Positions 12,736 through 26,124 of a stretch of 64,000 nt of DNA are shown in pieces. Within the stretch, counting starts at the first letter, position 1. The number at the start of each line of letters is the position of its first letter. Origin of the DNA: Eledone cirrhosa. Taxonomy: Eukaryota. The translations under genes and the position numbers were made by a program. The stretch spans positions 381,920,001 to 381,984,000 of the forward strand of contig OZ024740.1 in NCBI GenBank assembly GCA_964016885.1, in the 5' to 3' direction. The notes under the pieces are model-generated. The model searched no databases, was not told where the DNA came from, and was given only the letters and a program-made list of their open reading frames with translations.

Positions 12736-13095
12736 TTGGTTCTGGCTCCTCTATACACTCTGATTCTATCTCTCTGATTGTAGCCAGAGAACTGCATACG
12801 GTGGATGAAGTGTTGTACCATGTCGTCACATGGTACCATGGGCCCAGCACTATGTGTCAATAATTGTCACAAGTGTAGTGTTTGTACCAGAGTTTTCAAC
12901 TGGCTGGACTAAAAAGTCACACTCGTTCAGCGCATCGGTAGGGGTTCTCCTACATGGATATAAAGTAGTGGCCGTACTCGAAAACGAGTTGGCAGCCACC
13001 ATATATATATATATATATATGTATGTGTATATATATATATATATATGTGTGTGTATGTGTGTGTATGTGTGTATATATACGTGTGTATATATATA

Positions 13096-13174
<79 letters not shown>

Positions 13175-13180
<6 letters not shown>

Positions 13181-13795
13181 GTGGGTGTTTGCGGGTGCGC
13201 GCGAGTGTGTGAGTGAGTATGTTTGTGAATGTATCCGTTGATTTTTGGCATATAGTTGAATAGTTTAAGAGAAATTTGAAGATAATTGTATGATATGCAC
13301 TCAATATTTTGAATTTGTCTACAGAATTCTCTAGGCCTTTGTCACTTAGTAAACCTTAAAGAATATAGCTTTTAAAGAATCTCCCTTTCCTTTAAATCTA
13401 GCAACCATGACTGACCCCCACTGATCTTATAGACACCTGTTAGCTTCAGAGAAACGTAAAAATAAGGAGTGGCACCCCATCCTGAACTTGTTTATAGAAT
13501 TCTTTCTGCTTTTGTTACTCTAAAAATAAACTATACCTTTGAAGAATTAGCTTTTAATTAATTCCCTTTTCTATCAACCAATGACCGACACCCATCCCAC
13601 ACCCCTACCCTCTTCTACCACTTGAAGAGACCTATAAATACCATACTTAATTTTTGAAACCCAGATTCCTGATGATTTCTAAAGAATGAAACAGTTCTAG
13701 TGCTGTAGAATCTCATTTATATTAAAACTTTTATACTCAGCAATGTATTGAGTACCTTACTTACTGTGGTTACCTCCGATTCAACCCGGAATAAC

Positions 13796-13797
<2 letters not shown>
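13175..13797 (+). mobile_element. PLE pseudo-LTR, family B, right arm with 3' extension
   Basis: Inverted copy of 11050-11590 that continues past the HHR through TATTGAGTAC to (TA)n. Confidence 0.8.
13663..13713 (+). ncRNA. Type I hammerhead ribozyme motif (family B)
   Basis: agattc-CTGATGA-t ttc taaa gaa t-GAAA-cag ttctagtg ctg-TA-gaatct. Confidence 0.85.
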
Positions 13798-13832
<35 letters not shown>

Positions 13833-13882
13833 TATATATACGATATTAATAAATGGAAACTATATTTATAAAACCATATTTA

Positions 13883-13943
13883 TTTCATTATACATATTTC
13901 AGGGATACCAAATTAAATTATGGTATGCCTTCATCAGACAAAA
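13883..13943 (-). ncRNA. Type I hammerhead ribozyme motif
   Basis: ttttgt-CTGATGA-aggcatacca..tggtatccct-GAAA-tatgta-TA-atgaaa. Helix II is long; helix I contains two G-U pairs. Confidence 0.75.
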
Positions 13944-14014
13944 TTACAATATATAACAGTTTTACAAAAAAGCTTTGACGTACCTTTTTAAAATGCAACC
14001 ATTAATAGAACTTT

Positions 14015-14116
<102 letters not shown>

Positions 14117-14233
14117 TGTGTGTGTGTGTGTGTGTGTGCGTGTGTGTGTTTGTGGGTGTGTGTAATGTATTACACAAACACACACACACCACATGTATAT
14201 ATATATATATATATGTATGAATGTATGTAGATT

Positions 14234-14262
<29 letters not shown>

Positions 14263-14264
<2 letters not shown>

Positions 14265-14656
14265 CGTTTCTGAAATTGTTTAGCAAGATTCTTTATCTGA
14301 AATCGTGTGTTGAAACCGATATTTTAAATAAACAAATAAATAAATGAACAGAAACACACACAGACACCCGGATGTGGCGCATGCGCAGACTGAGCACTCA
14401 ACACACACACAGAAACAAAATGGCGTAGGACAGAACAAAGGAGAGGCACAGAAACAAAGAAAGGAATCCCCAGTCACTGAAGAGGTCACAGAGTGTGTGA
14501 CGAAAGAACTATGACAATATATAAACAACTATCTGGTTGTGGAACCAACCAAACAACCAAAAATTTATAAATTTATTATAAATTTATTATAATAAATTAA
14601 AGTGAAAGCAACTGGTGCGTGTGTTTCTTATTGGCAACATGATCCTCCCAAAGTAT

Positions 14657-14662
<6 letters not shown>
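14263..14662 (+). mobile_element. Solo family A pLTR preceded by an inverted copy of its terminal tail
   Basis: 14326-14662 matches the family A pLTR; 14263-14322 is the reverse complement of the tail at ~40397-40456. Confidence 0.85.
14473..14515 (+). ncRNA. Family A hammerhead motif
   Basis: gtca-CTGAAGA-G-gtcaca gagtg tgtgac-GAAA-gaac-TA-tgac. Confidence 0.8.
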
Positions 14663-14692
<30 letters not shown>

Positions 14693-14715
14693 ATATACAT
14701 ACATACATACATACA

Positions 14716-14750
<35 letters not shown>

Positions 14751-14880
14751 GCATGTAGATTTATATATATATAAATATTTGCTCTACAGTTCTTATACAT
14801 CTGATATATATTTATGCTTATCGAGCCCTCTTTGGAATTTAGTCTTCAAATTTATTATTGTTACTATATATATATATATG

Positions 14881-15966
14881 ATAATAATGGAGCTGCGGCG
14901 TTGCAAATGGGTTACACATGAAAAAGTTTGTCCTTCATCAGTGATCTTCCAACCATCATAGGCATTTCATCGCTTTAAAGACCATATACCTCCGGTTGGT
15001 GCGAGCAACGGCTAAAAAAAGTCGTTGGGACACGTAAATAAAGGGGACTTGAGGGTAAACCAACAAAATGGTTTAAGCAACAGAAAGTGATGAAGAAAAG
15101 AGACAAGTCCCAGATTTCTATGAATTTAAATTCGGTGAAATCGTGAACGAGAGAATAAAGACCATCAAACCTGGTTGAAATGTGAGCAAGGAAGGAATTT
15201 CGCACATGTCTAACGGGGGGAAGAAGGGGTGTTGTCTGCGAATTCGGTAAACATAAGTTCTGTGAAATCGTAGACGAGAGAGAGAAAAAAATTCATACCA
15301 GCTTGGCCAACGTGCGAGAGAAAAGAATCACACACAGGTCAAACGGGAAGAAAGAGGAGGAGGAGAGGTAGTGACAGAGAATGAGTGAGTGAAGGATGAG
15401 GAAGAGGCTAACAGAGAGAGAGATTGCTAGAAAGGGTAACGATACAAAGAACGAAACAGACGGGTAGCAGCAGAGGAAAAAATATATGTGTAAATATGAT
15501 AATAATGGAGCTGCGGCGTTGCAAATGGGTTACATATGAAAAAGTTTGTCCTTCATCAGTGATCTTCCAACCATCATAGGCATTTCATCGCTTTAAAAAC
15601 CATATACCTCCGGTTGGTGCGAGCAACGGCTAAAAAAAGTCGTTGGGACACGTAAATAAAGGGGACTTGAGGGTAAACCAACAAAATGGTTTAAGCAACA
15701 GAAAGTGATGAAGAAAGAGACAAGTCCCAGATTTCTATGAATTTAAATTCGGTGAAATCGTGAACGAGAGAATAAAGACCATCAAACCTGGTTGAAATGT
15801 GAGCAAGGAAGGAATTTCGCACAGGTCTAACGGGGGAAAGAAGGTGTCTGGTCTGCGAATTCGGTAAACATAAGTTCTGTGAAATCGTAGACGAGAGAGA
15901 GAAAGAAAATTCATACCAGCTTGGCCAGCGTGCGAGAGAAAAGAATCACACACAGGTCAAACGGGA

Positions 15967-15968
<2 letters not shown>
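14881..15968. repeat. Direct repeat with 618-bp period and diverged ~127-bp sub-repeats; probable PLE pLTR relative
   Basis: 14881-15350 is nearly identical to 15499-15968. The internal motif tgaaatcgt(g/a)(a/g)ac at 15136 and 15263 is shared with the pLTR at 31917, 33757 and 33900. Confidence 0.85.
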
Positions 15969-16021
<53 letters not shown>

Positions 16022-16169
16022 TATGTATATATATATATAAATCTACATACATACATATATACATGCATACATTTACGTATGTATATAGATATGCAATTAT
16101 ACATTTGTATGTATACATGCATTTATATTTAAGTGTGTAAGGATGTTGACATGATTTATGTTGTTTTTT

Positions 16170-18760
16170 GGTAAGGAACAACATTTTGTCTCCAGTTTTT
16201 ATTACCTAGGGAGATTAAATACCACAGCTCTGGCTGAAAGCTGACCAGGTGCTCAAACTCGTGAAACACTAACACCGGCCTCTGTGTGTATATATGTGTG
16301 TGTATATATGTGTGTGTATATATGTGTGTGTATATATGTATGTATGTTCTTCTGGTTTTATAATTTCACAAAATTTCACCAATAGAGAGAGAGTCGGTTT
16401 CTAACATAGACACAATACTCTCTCATTGGAATTTATCCAATATCAACTAGGTAGATATGTATGTATGCATGCATGTGTAGATAGGGATGTATTGTATGTG
16501 CGGATGTGTATGTTTTGAGTTGTATGTGTATGTTTTGAGTTGCATGTGGATGTGTATATGCTTTTTATCTGTACATGTGTATATGCAGTTATCAGATGCA
16601 AATTTTTGGAATGTTTTACATATATTTACTGTTCCATTAATGGATTGTACTTGTAATTTCCTAACTAGTTGTGTTCTTTCTGTTCCTGTGAAGCCTAGCT
16701 TCTCAAGATTTGTATTGAGGCAGTTACTAACATATCCCAGTGACCCAATAATCACAGGCATAAATCTGAAGGTGTAATCAGGGTGGAGTATCTACAGATT
16801 TCTCATCAGTTTTGCATACATATTCTCCTTTTCACTAATCTTATATATTATATTGGCATCTGCTGGGCAGCTAATTTCCACTACTGTGCATGTTTTCTTC
16901 TCCCTGTCCCATATCATAATATCTGGTCTGCTATGCGTGCATTTTATTGGGATTTTTACTGGAACATTCCACCAGTACTCTTTCATATTATGTACATGGA
17001 TGTCTTCCACATTGTTGTAGCATTTAATGTGTTTATTATCGGGGCTATCTTTCTCATGAACTGCATTGTACAGCGTTTTGGTCACTACATCATGCTTCAT
17101 AGATAGATAGTACCGCGATGACATCTTTGAACAGCTGCGGATGACATGGGTGATATCCTCGATGTTAGTTCTGCAGAGTCTGCACTTGTTATCACATCTA
17201 GGTATTCCAAACGTTGGTGTTAGGATAGGCACAGCAAACACATTGTGCGCCACTGTTTTGTTTTGCGCAGAGAGTTCCGATGACCAGATCTTTCTTAATC
17301 GGGTGAAGTATTCCCTGGTAACGCGTTCTTTATTACAGATACCATTATAGGATATGTTCTCATCTATTTCCAGGTATCTGTAGCAGTCCTCATCAGATTT
17401 CGGTGAAACATTAGGCCATTGATGACAATGTTGCTAGATTGGGTTGTTGATTTTCCCCGCTTTACAGTCATGTATGAGCATTTATCTTGGCCAAATTCCA
17501 TTCCTATATCATTTGAGAACGTTGTAACCAGGTCAAGATTTTTCTTCATCCCATCCATGTTTTTGGCATAGAGTTTCAGATCGTCCACAAAAAAATTATG
17601 GGTTAGGTTCGTATTTCTGTCCTCCTGTGAGCCAATGATGTATCCCTCACATTTCTTGAGCAGAAAGGACAAGGGGTTTAATGACAAGATGAAAAATATC
17701 ACAGAGAGACTGTCCCCCTGAAATATACCCCTGCAATATTTTATTTTATCAGTGAAAATCGAGTCCGCCCTCTCTGTTTTAACCTTAGGATAGTAGGCCA
17801 AGAAGAAGACAGCCTCTCTATGGCTCTGACAATAATGTCTGGGACGTTAGTAAGTTGGAGGGCCTCTATCATCCAAGAGTGGTGAACAGAATCGAAAGCT
17901 TTCCTGTAGTCCAGCCAGACTGTAGTCATATTCCTCCTAAGTTGTCGCACCTCCGACATCGCAGTTTTGTTGATTAGGAGGTTTTCAGCACATCCCCAAA
18001 TCCCTTTCTTTGCAGCTGCTTGTTCATCTTTGGTGATGTTATTATTTTCACAGTGATCTTGGAGGAATAAGTTCCGGCAAGCTGTATACATCTTATACAT
18101 CAGGTTCTGGCATGCAATGGGTCGGTAGGTTTTTGCCAAGTGGGTGTCTTTGTTCTTGGAGACCAGTAACGTTTGTGCTAATGTCAACCATTCTGGTATA
18201 AGTGTATCTCCCTTAAGAAATTGTTGGTAGAGGTCAGTAAGATACATCCGATAGAATATTAGTTTTTTGTACCAGTAGCCGACAATCATGTATCTTCCTG
18301 GTGTTTTCTGATCTTGGAGTTTTTCTATCACAGTCGCAAGGGTACCCTCACTTATTTCGTATGTTTTTGTTGTAGTGTAGGAGCAATAGTTTTTTCGGAT
18401 TTCTCTTAGCCACACTGCATCTTGGTTGAAATTCTTCTTTTCACCCCATAATTTTTCTCCAAAAGGAATTTGTCTTTCTGGGATGGGGCCTCATTGACAC
18501 TTATTATTTTGCCCTTCATATCTCTATAGACTGATGTTTGGTTTGGTCTGAATCTTTTATTATGCACTTTTCTCTCATCTACCTTCTTCAGGTATCGGCG
18601 TTTTTCGTTAGCAGCTCTCAATTCTGGTTTGAGGGTGATCAGCTTATATTGGAGAGTTCTGGTTCTACTGTTGCCAAACATCGTCTCTATTTTATTTTTC
18701 ACTCTTTGTTGGTGAGGAGTGAGGCTTTTTTGTGTTTGTTTGCATGTAAGGAGCATTGTC
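16170..18760 (-). mobile_element. R4/Dong-type non-LTR retrotransposon (RT plus restriction-like endonuclease), frameshifted and internally deleted
   Basis: YRPIAC, WLDYRKAFDSV, RGIFQGDSLS, HNFFVDDLKLY, IGMEFGQDKC; CRLC..EDITHVIRSC; RPDIMIWD..VVEISCP; PVIIGSLG. Split across the ORFs between 16447 and 18415. The direct join PTFGI|PRCDNKC indicates a deletion. Confidence 0.9.
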
Positions 18761-19522
18761 ACATATGTATGTATGTATATATGTATGTATGTATTTATGT
18801 ATGTACATATGCATGTGTGTGTGTGTTCGCCATTGCTTCTCTTTGTTGTAATTTCTGTTGAAGTTGTTCTTGTAACTGTTGGAAAAGTTGACGTTGTCCT
18901 TATTTTCATTTTTTTCTATTTCTTTTGTTTTTCTTTTATCTCCCTAGGGAATTCGTTGACAAGCTTCTTTTATTTATTTTCTTCGTTTTCTTCATTCAAA
19001 TGCATTCACACTGGCTGTCGAAGAGACGTACAAATATGACTTATAAAACTTACCAAACTGAAGGGGCTTCCAGTGCCCCTCTAGCCTCTCTCAAATCTTC
19101 AAACGCCCCCTAACGTCCGCCCCTTGGAGTTCCGAAACGCATCCCGGAGGGGGCGGGGGGGCATATACCCCCGTTGATAACCTTTGCTCTAGCTTGACTA
19201 TTACTTTAGATTTGTACCTGTGCTAATTGGGGCTCTAGGATATGTAACTAAGTGCCTCAGTACAAGGCTTTAGACGCTGGGCTTCACAGGACCTCAAAAG
19301 GCACGGTTAGCTAGGAAGTTGAAATTTCAATCTATTAATGGAACAGTAAAAATATGTGAAACATTTGGGAATTACAGCATTAAATAGGTTCATATACACA
19401 TGTATAAATACAGAAACATATGTACGTGTACATATGCAATTCAAAACAAACAGATCGACATATGTAATTGCACCGATACCTACACGCACACAGAAAACAC
19501 ATAGGGACATACACACTTATGT

Positions 19523-19591
19523 ACCTAGTTGATGCTATCTAAATTCCAATGAAAGAGTCTTGTTTCTATGTTAGAAGTAACCGGCTCTCTA
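19523..19591 (+). repeat. Diverged inverted copy of the R4/Dong 3' UTR segment at ~16385-16452
   Basis: acctagttgat..ttccaatgaaagagtcttgtttctatgttagaa resembles the reverse complement of 16385-16452. Confidence 0.55.
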
Positions 19592-22500
19592 GCTTTCCAT
19601 GGGTGAACATTTATAAAATAACAAAACTAGAACACACATATATATACATTACATGAACAATCCCATAAAACCTAGCTTGCATATATATGCATGTATTTAT
19701 ATATATATAGGGTTTGTAGTTACTTCTGTAGCATGATTTATCCGCAACAAACATAATCATACTTTTGCTGTAGGTGTTAAATAAGTCATGTCGTAGAAAG
19801 TTAATTGTAGGTATCTTCATATATATTTAGCGATCTTTTAAACAAAACCTTTCTTAAGATAATGTTTGTTTATTTGAGAAATGTTACCTTATAATTGTTC
19901 TATTCGATATTTTAACATTGAATATTTATTAGTATATCTTCAAGTCGAGTTTGCATTTAATGTTTTGTTAAAATAAGTGCCACTGTTTAATCGACTGCTA
20001 AATATCTTCCAAATTGAAGGGTTTGTATCGAATTAAAAATTAATATTAGGATACATGCAACAGTTAAATCGGGAATTGAATCTTTGAATAATGCATCTTC
20101 ATAAAGCAGCTCATTTGCCCACTTTCCTATAGTTTATATTCATTTTATGAAATCCATATCCATATCAATTGTTTCTATTTTGAAGCATTTCCAACAATGG
20201 ATTCAGCCTAACATGGAATCCAGCCTATATAGTCACTTATAAGTTACACAGGGATAATTGTTACACTCACATATCATACACATGATGTATGTTCTATTAT
20301 TGAATTATTTTCTGTTAAAAGATTGTGATATCTTTTCAAGGAACCTAAAAAAGATAGGATCGGAACTCTCATAACCATGATGGCTTCATCATATACTAAG
20401 TGAAAACATGTCAAACAAACTCGTTTATTATTTAACTCAGAAAATCCAATATGACAAATACTGTTGCAATTTAATTAAATTTACCGCTACCCATATAACA
20501 ATACTATGTTTTCCTTTAATACGACATAAATAGTGAGATTATTCAAAATATAATATACGAGTACCGTCACATGAAAAATGTCAAATATTTTTTGATGTAT
20601 ATTAGTATTGCGTGCATAGACAAATTCTAGTAGATAATGAAATGCTATGATTCTAAACAACTATTCCTCTGCCGCCTCAACGATTGAATGAAGAAAACAG
20701 AGATAAATCTGAAAAAAAAATTGCACTTAAAATATATGAACAGAAATAATTTCATCTAGTTCTGTGCTTGGAAATTACATTGTGACAATACGTTATTGTT
20801 ATAAATGATTTCGTACAGCATCTCTTTCTTCTATATATACATTATCTGTTAAGATTTTCATCTCTTGTACATCGGCTAGCTATTGTTTCATTTTGCAATG
20901 TGCTGCTATTCAGAAATGAAATAATTTAGAGAATTGTAGCAATAAATGCACAATACCAAATATATTTTAGTTTTAATAAATCGTTCGAAAGATGTGGCAT
21001 TTTCCTCACACACAAACACACATACACACACGTGCACATACACACACACCTCCGTGCCCACACACACACGAACACACACACGCGCGCGCGTCAATATGTA
21101 TATATATATAGTTTCAGAAAAGCATGTAACATGCAGTGAATACATGAGAAAAATGCATTTTATAAGTGAAATTTTAGAGAAGGATTACTAAAATAACCAT
21201 ATTCGAGATTAATTTCTGATATATGAAAGAACATATTATTCTCTGTATGACGTTCCTTTGGTTGGGTTGTTGAATCCACACAAACGGATTCTGACGGAAA
21301 TTTCTTATATTCTATCTGTGACCACTTAGCAACTGTTTTAGACTATAGAGACAATACAAAAGTATACTGGATATTTGACGCTTTTATGACTATGAGTGAA
21401 TTAAGCAAGATTTGGGAGCTATTTCTAGAAGACTGGACTATGACTACCTAATTGTTTCTTGCGCATGCCTATTGCAGGAAGTGTAAATTCAAATAAAGGT
21501 ATTCGTAAAGTATTTTGAATATCTCCGAAGAGCCTTCGGCTAAATGAGATGGCTATTATATAAGAATCAAATTCATCATATTAATTGGCATCTTAGATAT
21601 ATTAATTCAAGAAAATCTTCTTACATTCAACTTTTACCATCACAATATGCATATATGGAGAACTGGATCGTTGATCTTATCAATACGCATTTCATAAACA
21701 ATTGTCGTACTATAAGACCGTTTATGAATACAAAGATAAGATTGGTGTCCCCATTAATAACCTGAAGCTAATTAAGTACACATATATATACGGTGATTAC
21801 TGACTCCATCGTGTTATTTGACTCAACGTTGAATACCTTATAATATGTATTTAATTCTGTATAGCCAATACGCTGGTATAGTAGGGGATGTGAAATGAAA
21901 CAGTAAAGTCAGCAGAATATTTAAGTCAGCTTTGTATCATTTCTTTCATTTATGGCGTCAATGCCTTTGATAATCCTAAGAGAGAAAGAACGCTGGAAAG
22001 TATATTCGCTAAAAATGTCCACAAAATAGCTTATGATATTTACATCCTTTTATATACTGCATTCAAATATCGTCAAAATGAATTTTCCCATTCATTCTTC
22101 CATGTTTGATCTATTGACTATCACCTTCCCAAAACATTGACGTCATGTACCTATGCAAGAAACCAGTATTAGGAGACAAATATTAATCAAATACTATTAC
22201 ATTATATGGAATATTTCTAACAAAATATATCTAACAGCATGTCAATACTAACATCCAAAGCCAGTACAGCGTAAAATAGAAAATTAAATTATCACACATC
22301 CTACTGCTGCTATTCAATCTTCTTAAGCCAGCCAAGAAAAAGCGATACATATAATATACAGCACCGCTCACCTATAACTATCCTTTTATAGCTGAAAGTC
22401 CTTTATTCGAACAATTTCAAAGTAAAACCTCAATAAATAGCTCTTGATAATTGAAATAATTCGTAATCATTTCATAGCGAACTTATATTATTGATCTACG

Positions 22501-23798
22501 AACGACGAAGAGCAGCGTCAAATAGAGCATAGTGTTTGAATACAAAGACAAAGTATCTCTAGCTTAGGAATTGAAAAATATCTGGCAACTCTTCCTAGAT
22601 TTCTAGTTGCTTCACAATTTTCACAGTTCGACTCTATTTCAAAATAATGATATTACTGGTCCGTTTAGAAGAAAGTGGAAAATTCTGCTATCATTTTAGC
22701 GACTTAATAGGATTAACAAAATAAGCGGATGGTTGATCTATGTAGCATGAGATATCGAAGAATCTATAGTGGTGCTTTACTGTTTATGCCAACTTACTCA
22801 ACGAAGGGCATCGTGTTAGTAATTCGTCCTTCTACCGGCTACAATAAACAGTCAAACTTCATTTTAATCCCTATTTACGGTTTAAAATGAATGGATGCGG
22901 TTGATAATGTCCGTCTATAAAGATACGTATCACTGTGTATTGATGTCATACAGAATCCTTACATTATATATAAATGTATATTAAATAAAAATGTAGATCA
23001 CGGATTTATAATGCGTGTGGTATAGCGATGTTGAAGAAATTGCAATATTTAAATATTCGATAACGAATTCTTTACTTCCACGTATTTTCCTTCCTTGAAT
23101 TCTATTAGATAAAGGAAACACACGTTGCTGCTGCGAGCTTATTCTTTAAAAACCAGCCTGAAAATAAGAAGCATCAATAATATTAGACACGTTTTCTGCC
23201 TCAGGCTTTTGCTTTAAGTGCCCGAGGTGTTTCTCTCTTGGAATCTGAAAAGGTTTTGTAAACTTTCAAACCCGTTGATCATTGGCAAATGAAAGGATCA
23301 ATACAGGTTATACCAAACTAATGTCGAAATGGAACAAGTTAAAATCACACAACATATATATTTAGTTTATTGAGTGGAATATATTTGTGAGTGTGGGTGT
23401 GGGTGTGGGTGTGTGGGTGTGTGTGTGTATGAGGAGGACAGTAGACTTATAGACTTATAGATTTATTCGTGTCAGCAATATTTAAACCGATGTTTTCCTT
23501 ATCTTGCAAATAACATTAAAATTATATTACAATATATTTATTTAGATAGGTAAAACATAATTGAAAGATATTTTTCTTTCTATATAATCAAATGGTAACA
23601 ACATTGCACTAGTTAATAAATTAATACCAAATAGATCATGAGGACAACGCATTAGAAAGTGGAATGAATAGTCATCTTTAAGAATGAATATTACATTAAA
23701 GTAATGGCATTGAAGCTTGGAAAATTAATATATATACACACACACAAACACACAGATAGACACACACAGACACACACAGACCCCCCCCCCACACACAC

Positions 23799-23913
<115 letters not shown>

Positions 23914-24159
23914 TATATGATAGAACACAAAGTCAAATGTCAAACATATATGTGTCTCTCAATCACACACACATACATATATATAGATACACACACACAC
24001 AAACCTATATGTATATATATATATATATATACAGAGAGAGAGAGAGGGGGACAGTTAGAAAAAGACCCATATTATTATCTTTCTCAGCTGAGATGCTTGC
24101 CCCTATTACAGGCAAAAGGGATATTTGAGGAAATTGTTTACTCAAGTGTTATTTTTCTA

Positions 24160-24620
24160 TCGAATCTATGATTTTCTGCCTTGGATGACTATATTCATAT
24201 GTTTGTCCGTTATTTGCGCTCTGGATTTTTCAAAATCTAAATAATTCTGGTGTATATATTTGTTATAGTGTAATATCCTATATATCTCGTTGTAGGCTGG
24301 ATGCATTCTCTTTATCCTGCATATTTTTGAACCAAGTCAATAGGAATTCTGTGCTGGTTTAGTATTCGTAATATCATAACTATATTGTATTTGATTTGTC
24401 TTTCTATATCTGAATTGGTAGCTTCATAAATCTAATGAAGAATGCATTTTGAAACCTTTTTTCTGTTTTTTTTTAATGTGGAAATGATGTTGTTCAAGGT
24501 TTAGCGGTTTCCTGTGTTTATGTCGCTTGGCATATTCCGGGGTATTGCCTTGTAAGTACACGTCATTTAACTTGTAATAAATGTGTTATATGTTGATGCT
24601 TAGAATTCATAAATATTATT
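24160..24620 (-). pseudogene. Heavily degraded PLE reverse transcriptase fragment
   Basis: Minus-strand pieces TWFKNMQDKENAS and AQITDKHMNIVIQGRKS align by eye with SWFNNIQGKNKC and INISKLEEDIIFHARKT of the 29078-30505 RT. Confidence 0.55.
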
Positions 24621-24929
24621 TTTGACCCTGTGCACTTACATTTTGCTTGAGTGAGCTCTTAATGCTCATAAGTATTGTACGTAAGTTCGATTGGTAGAAC
24701 ACATAATATTTCCATTGCATGTTACATTTTCTATCACATTGACGGTATTATTTTCAAATTGTATTTGGTGGGATGCCGGCGGTGGGTTCTTTTATGTTTT
24801 GAAACCGTAATATTATTCTATTAATTACATAAACTGGAGTTAAAATGCGAGCTAACTTATCTTGTATTAACTAGTTCTCCTTGTATTCTGTACTAATTTA
24901 GTATAATTCAAAATGTAATATACTATGGT

Positions 24930-25100
24930 ATAATATTATATAATATAACATATAATTTAATATAATATAATTTTATATAATATTATATAATATAATGTAG
25001 GGTAATATAATATAATGTAATATAATATAATGTAATATGCTAAAATATAATAATGTAATATAATATAATAAAATATAAAATAATGTAATATATATATATC
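24930..25100. repeat. Degenerate (TATAA)n microsatellite
   Basis: Visible pentamer array. Confidence 0.85.
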
Positions 25101-25117
25101 TATATCTAATGCGGGTA

Positions 25118-25198
<81 letters not shown>

Positions 25199-25200
<2 letters not shown>

Positions 25201-25369
25201 AAGGCGGGTAAAATTCCCGTGATCCATGGACGAGTTCTCTCCAGCGGTCTCTGTCCCTCATCATTGCTGCCATGTCCTGCGTCTCCAACAGTCCAGTGTC
25301 TGTCCTTAGGGCATCAACATACGTTAACCTTGGTCTTCCACTTCTAGTGTGTCCATGTAGGGGCTCCCA
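25199..25369 (-). mobile_element. 3' end of an RTE-clade LINE
   Basis: [56 protein letters not shown], a typical RTE C-terminus (GRP..T and DR..WR). The stop is followed directly by (AT)n. Confidence 0.8.
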
Positions 25370-25389
25370 AATTTCGTTTCATTCTTTCC

Positions 25390-25467
<78 letters not shown>

Positions 25468-25470
25468 CGT

Positions 25471-25522
<52 letters not shown>

Positions 25523-25784
25523 GGACAAAATGAAACGAAATTTCATTTCCCACTCTTAGTACGGCTGTTACATAAATATAAGTATGTACACGTACATACA
25601 TATATGTATACAGACGTACAGTAGTATGTGTATATATATACATACATGCACACATATATATATGTACGTATGGATTCACCGAACATTTATTATAATGCTC
25701 GGTGTGTTTGTAAACAAACATCCCGTATTAAGCCGTAGTGTCTAGCAACCATCGTTGCTCGTTTGTTCAACACTGCCAAAGGAA

Positions 25785-25825
25785 CGCTGTACTAGTTTCA
25801 AGCTTGTTAGCTATCGACAGCAACG
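25785..25825 (-). ncRNA. Hammerhead motif with A6U core change, within a longer rod (25765-25851)
   Basis: cgttg-CTGTCGA-t agct aaca agct t-GAAA-ctag-TA-cagcg. Helix I extends through ggaa/ttcc, ctgcca/tggcag and gttcaaca/tgttgaac. Confidence 0.7.
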
Positions 25826-25901
25826 TATACCTTCCTGGCAGATTGTTGAACGTATATACTTACCTTATGCATATTAACGACTGAGTAGCCCAATTGTGTA
25901 C

Positions 25902-26007
<106 letters not shown>

Positions 26008-26124
26008 GATAAAGAGTTCATTGACTGACCCAGTACCAGTTATATCTTAGCGTACTCAATAGGTAATGTAGAATACATTTCCAGAGTTATTCGCTTCAAT
26101 ACAACACATGTGCCTACAGTAGTT

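Larger units (their letters stand above)
11651..12817 (-). mobile_element. 5'-truncated Penelope-like element, family A (Neptune-like Cys-rich linker)
   Basis: GIY-YIG ORF at 12064-12735 plus a 3' pLTR with HHR; inserted in (TA)n between the family B arms. Confidence 0.9.

Noticed and set aside
14930-14983. Possible type II hammerhead on the minus strand (tgat/atca helix next to CTGATGA), also in the second repeat copy
   Set aside because: No GAAA is positioned with both a helix II and a helix III, and the putative helix II pairing is weaker in the second copy.
19040-19186. GC-rich patch ending cccccgttgataacctttg, like a hAT terminus
   Set aside because: No matching opposite TIR or TSD was found, so it was not called.
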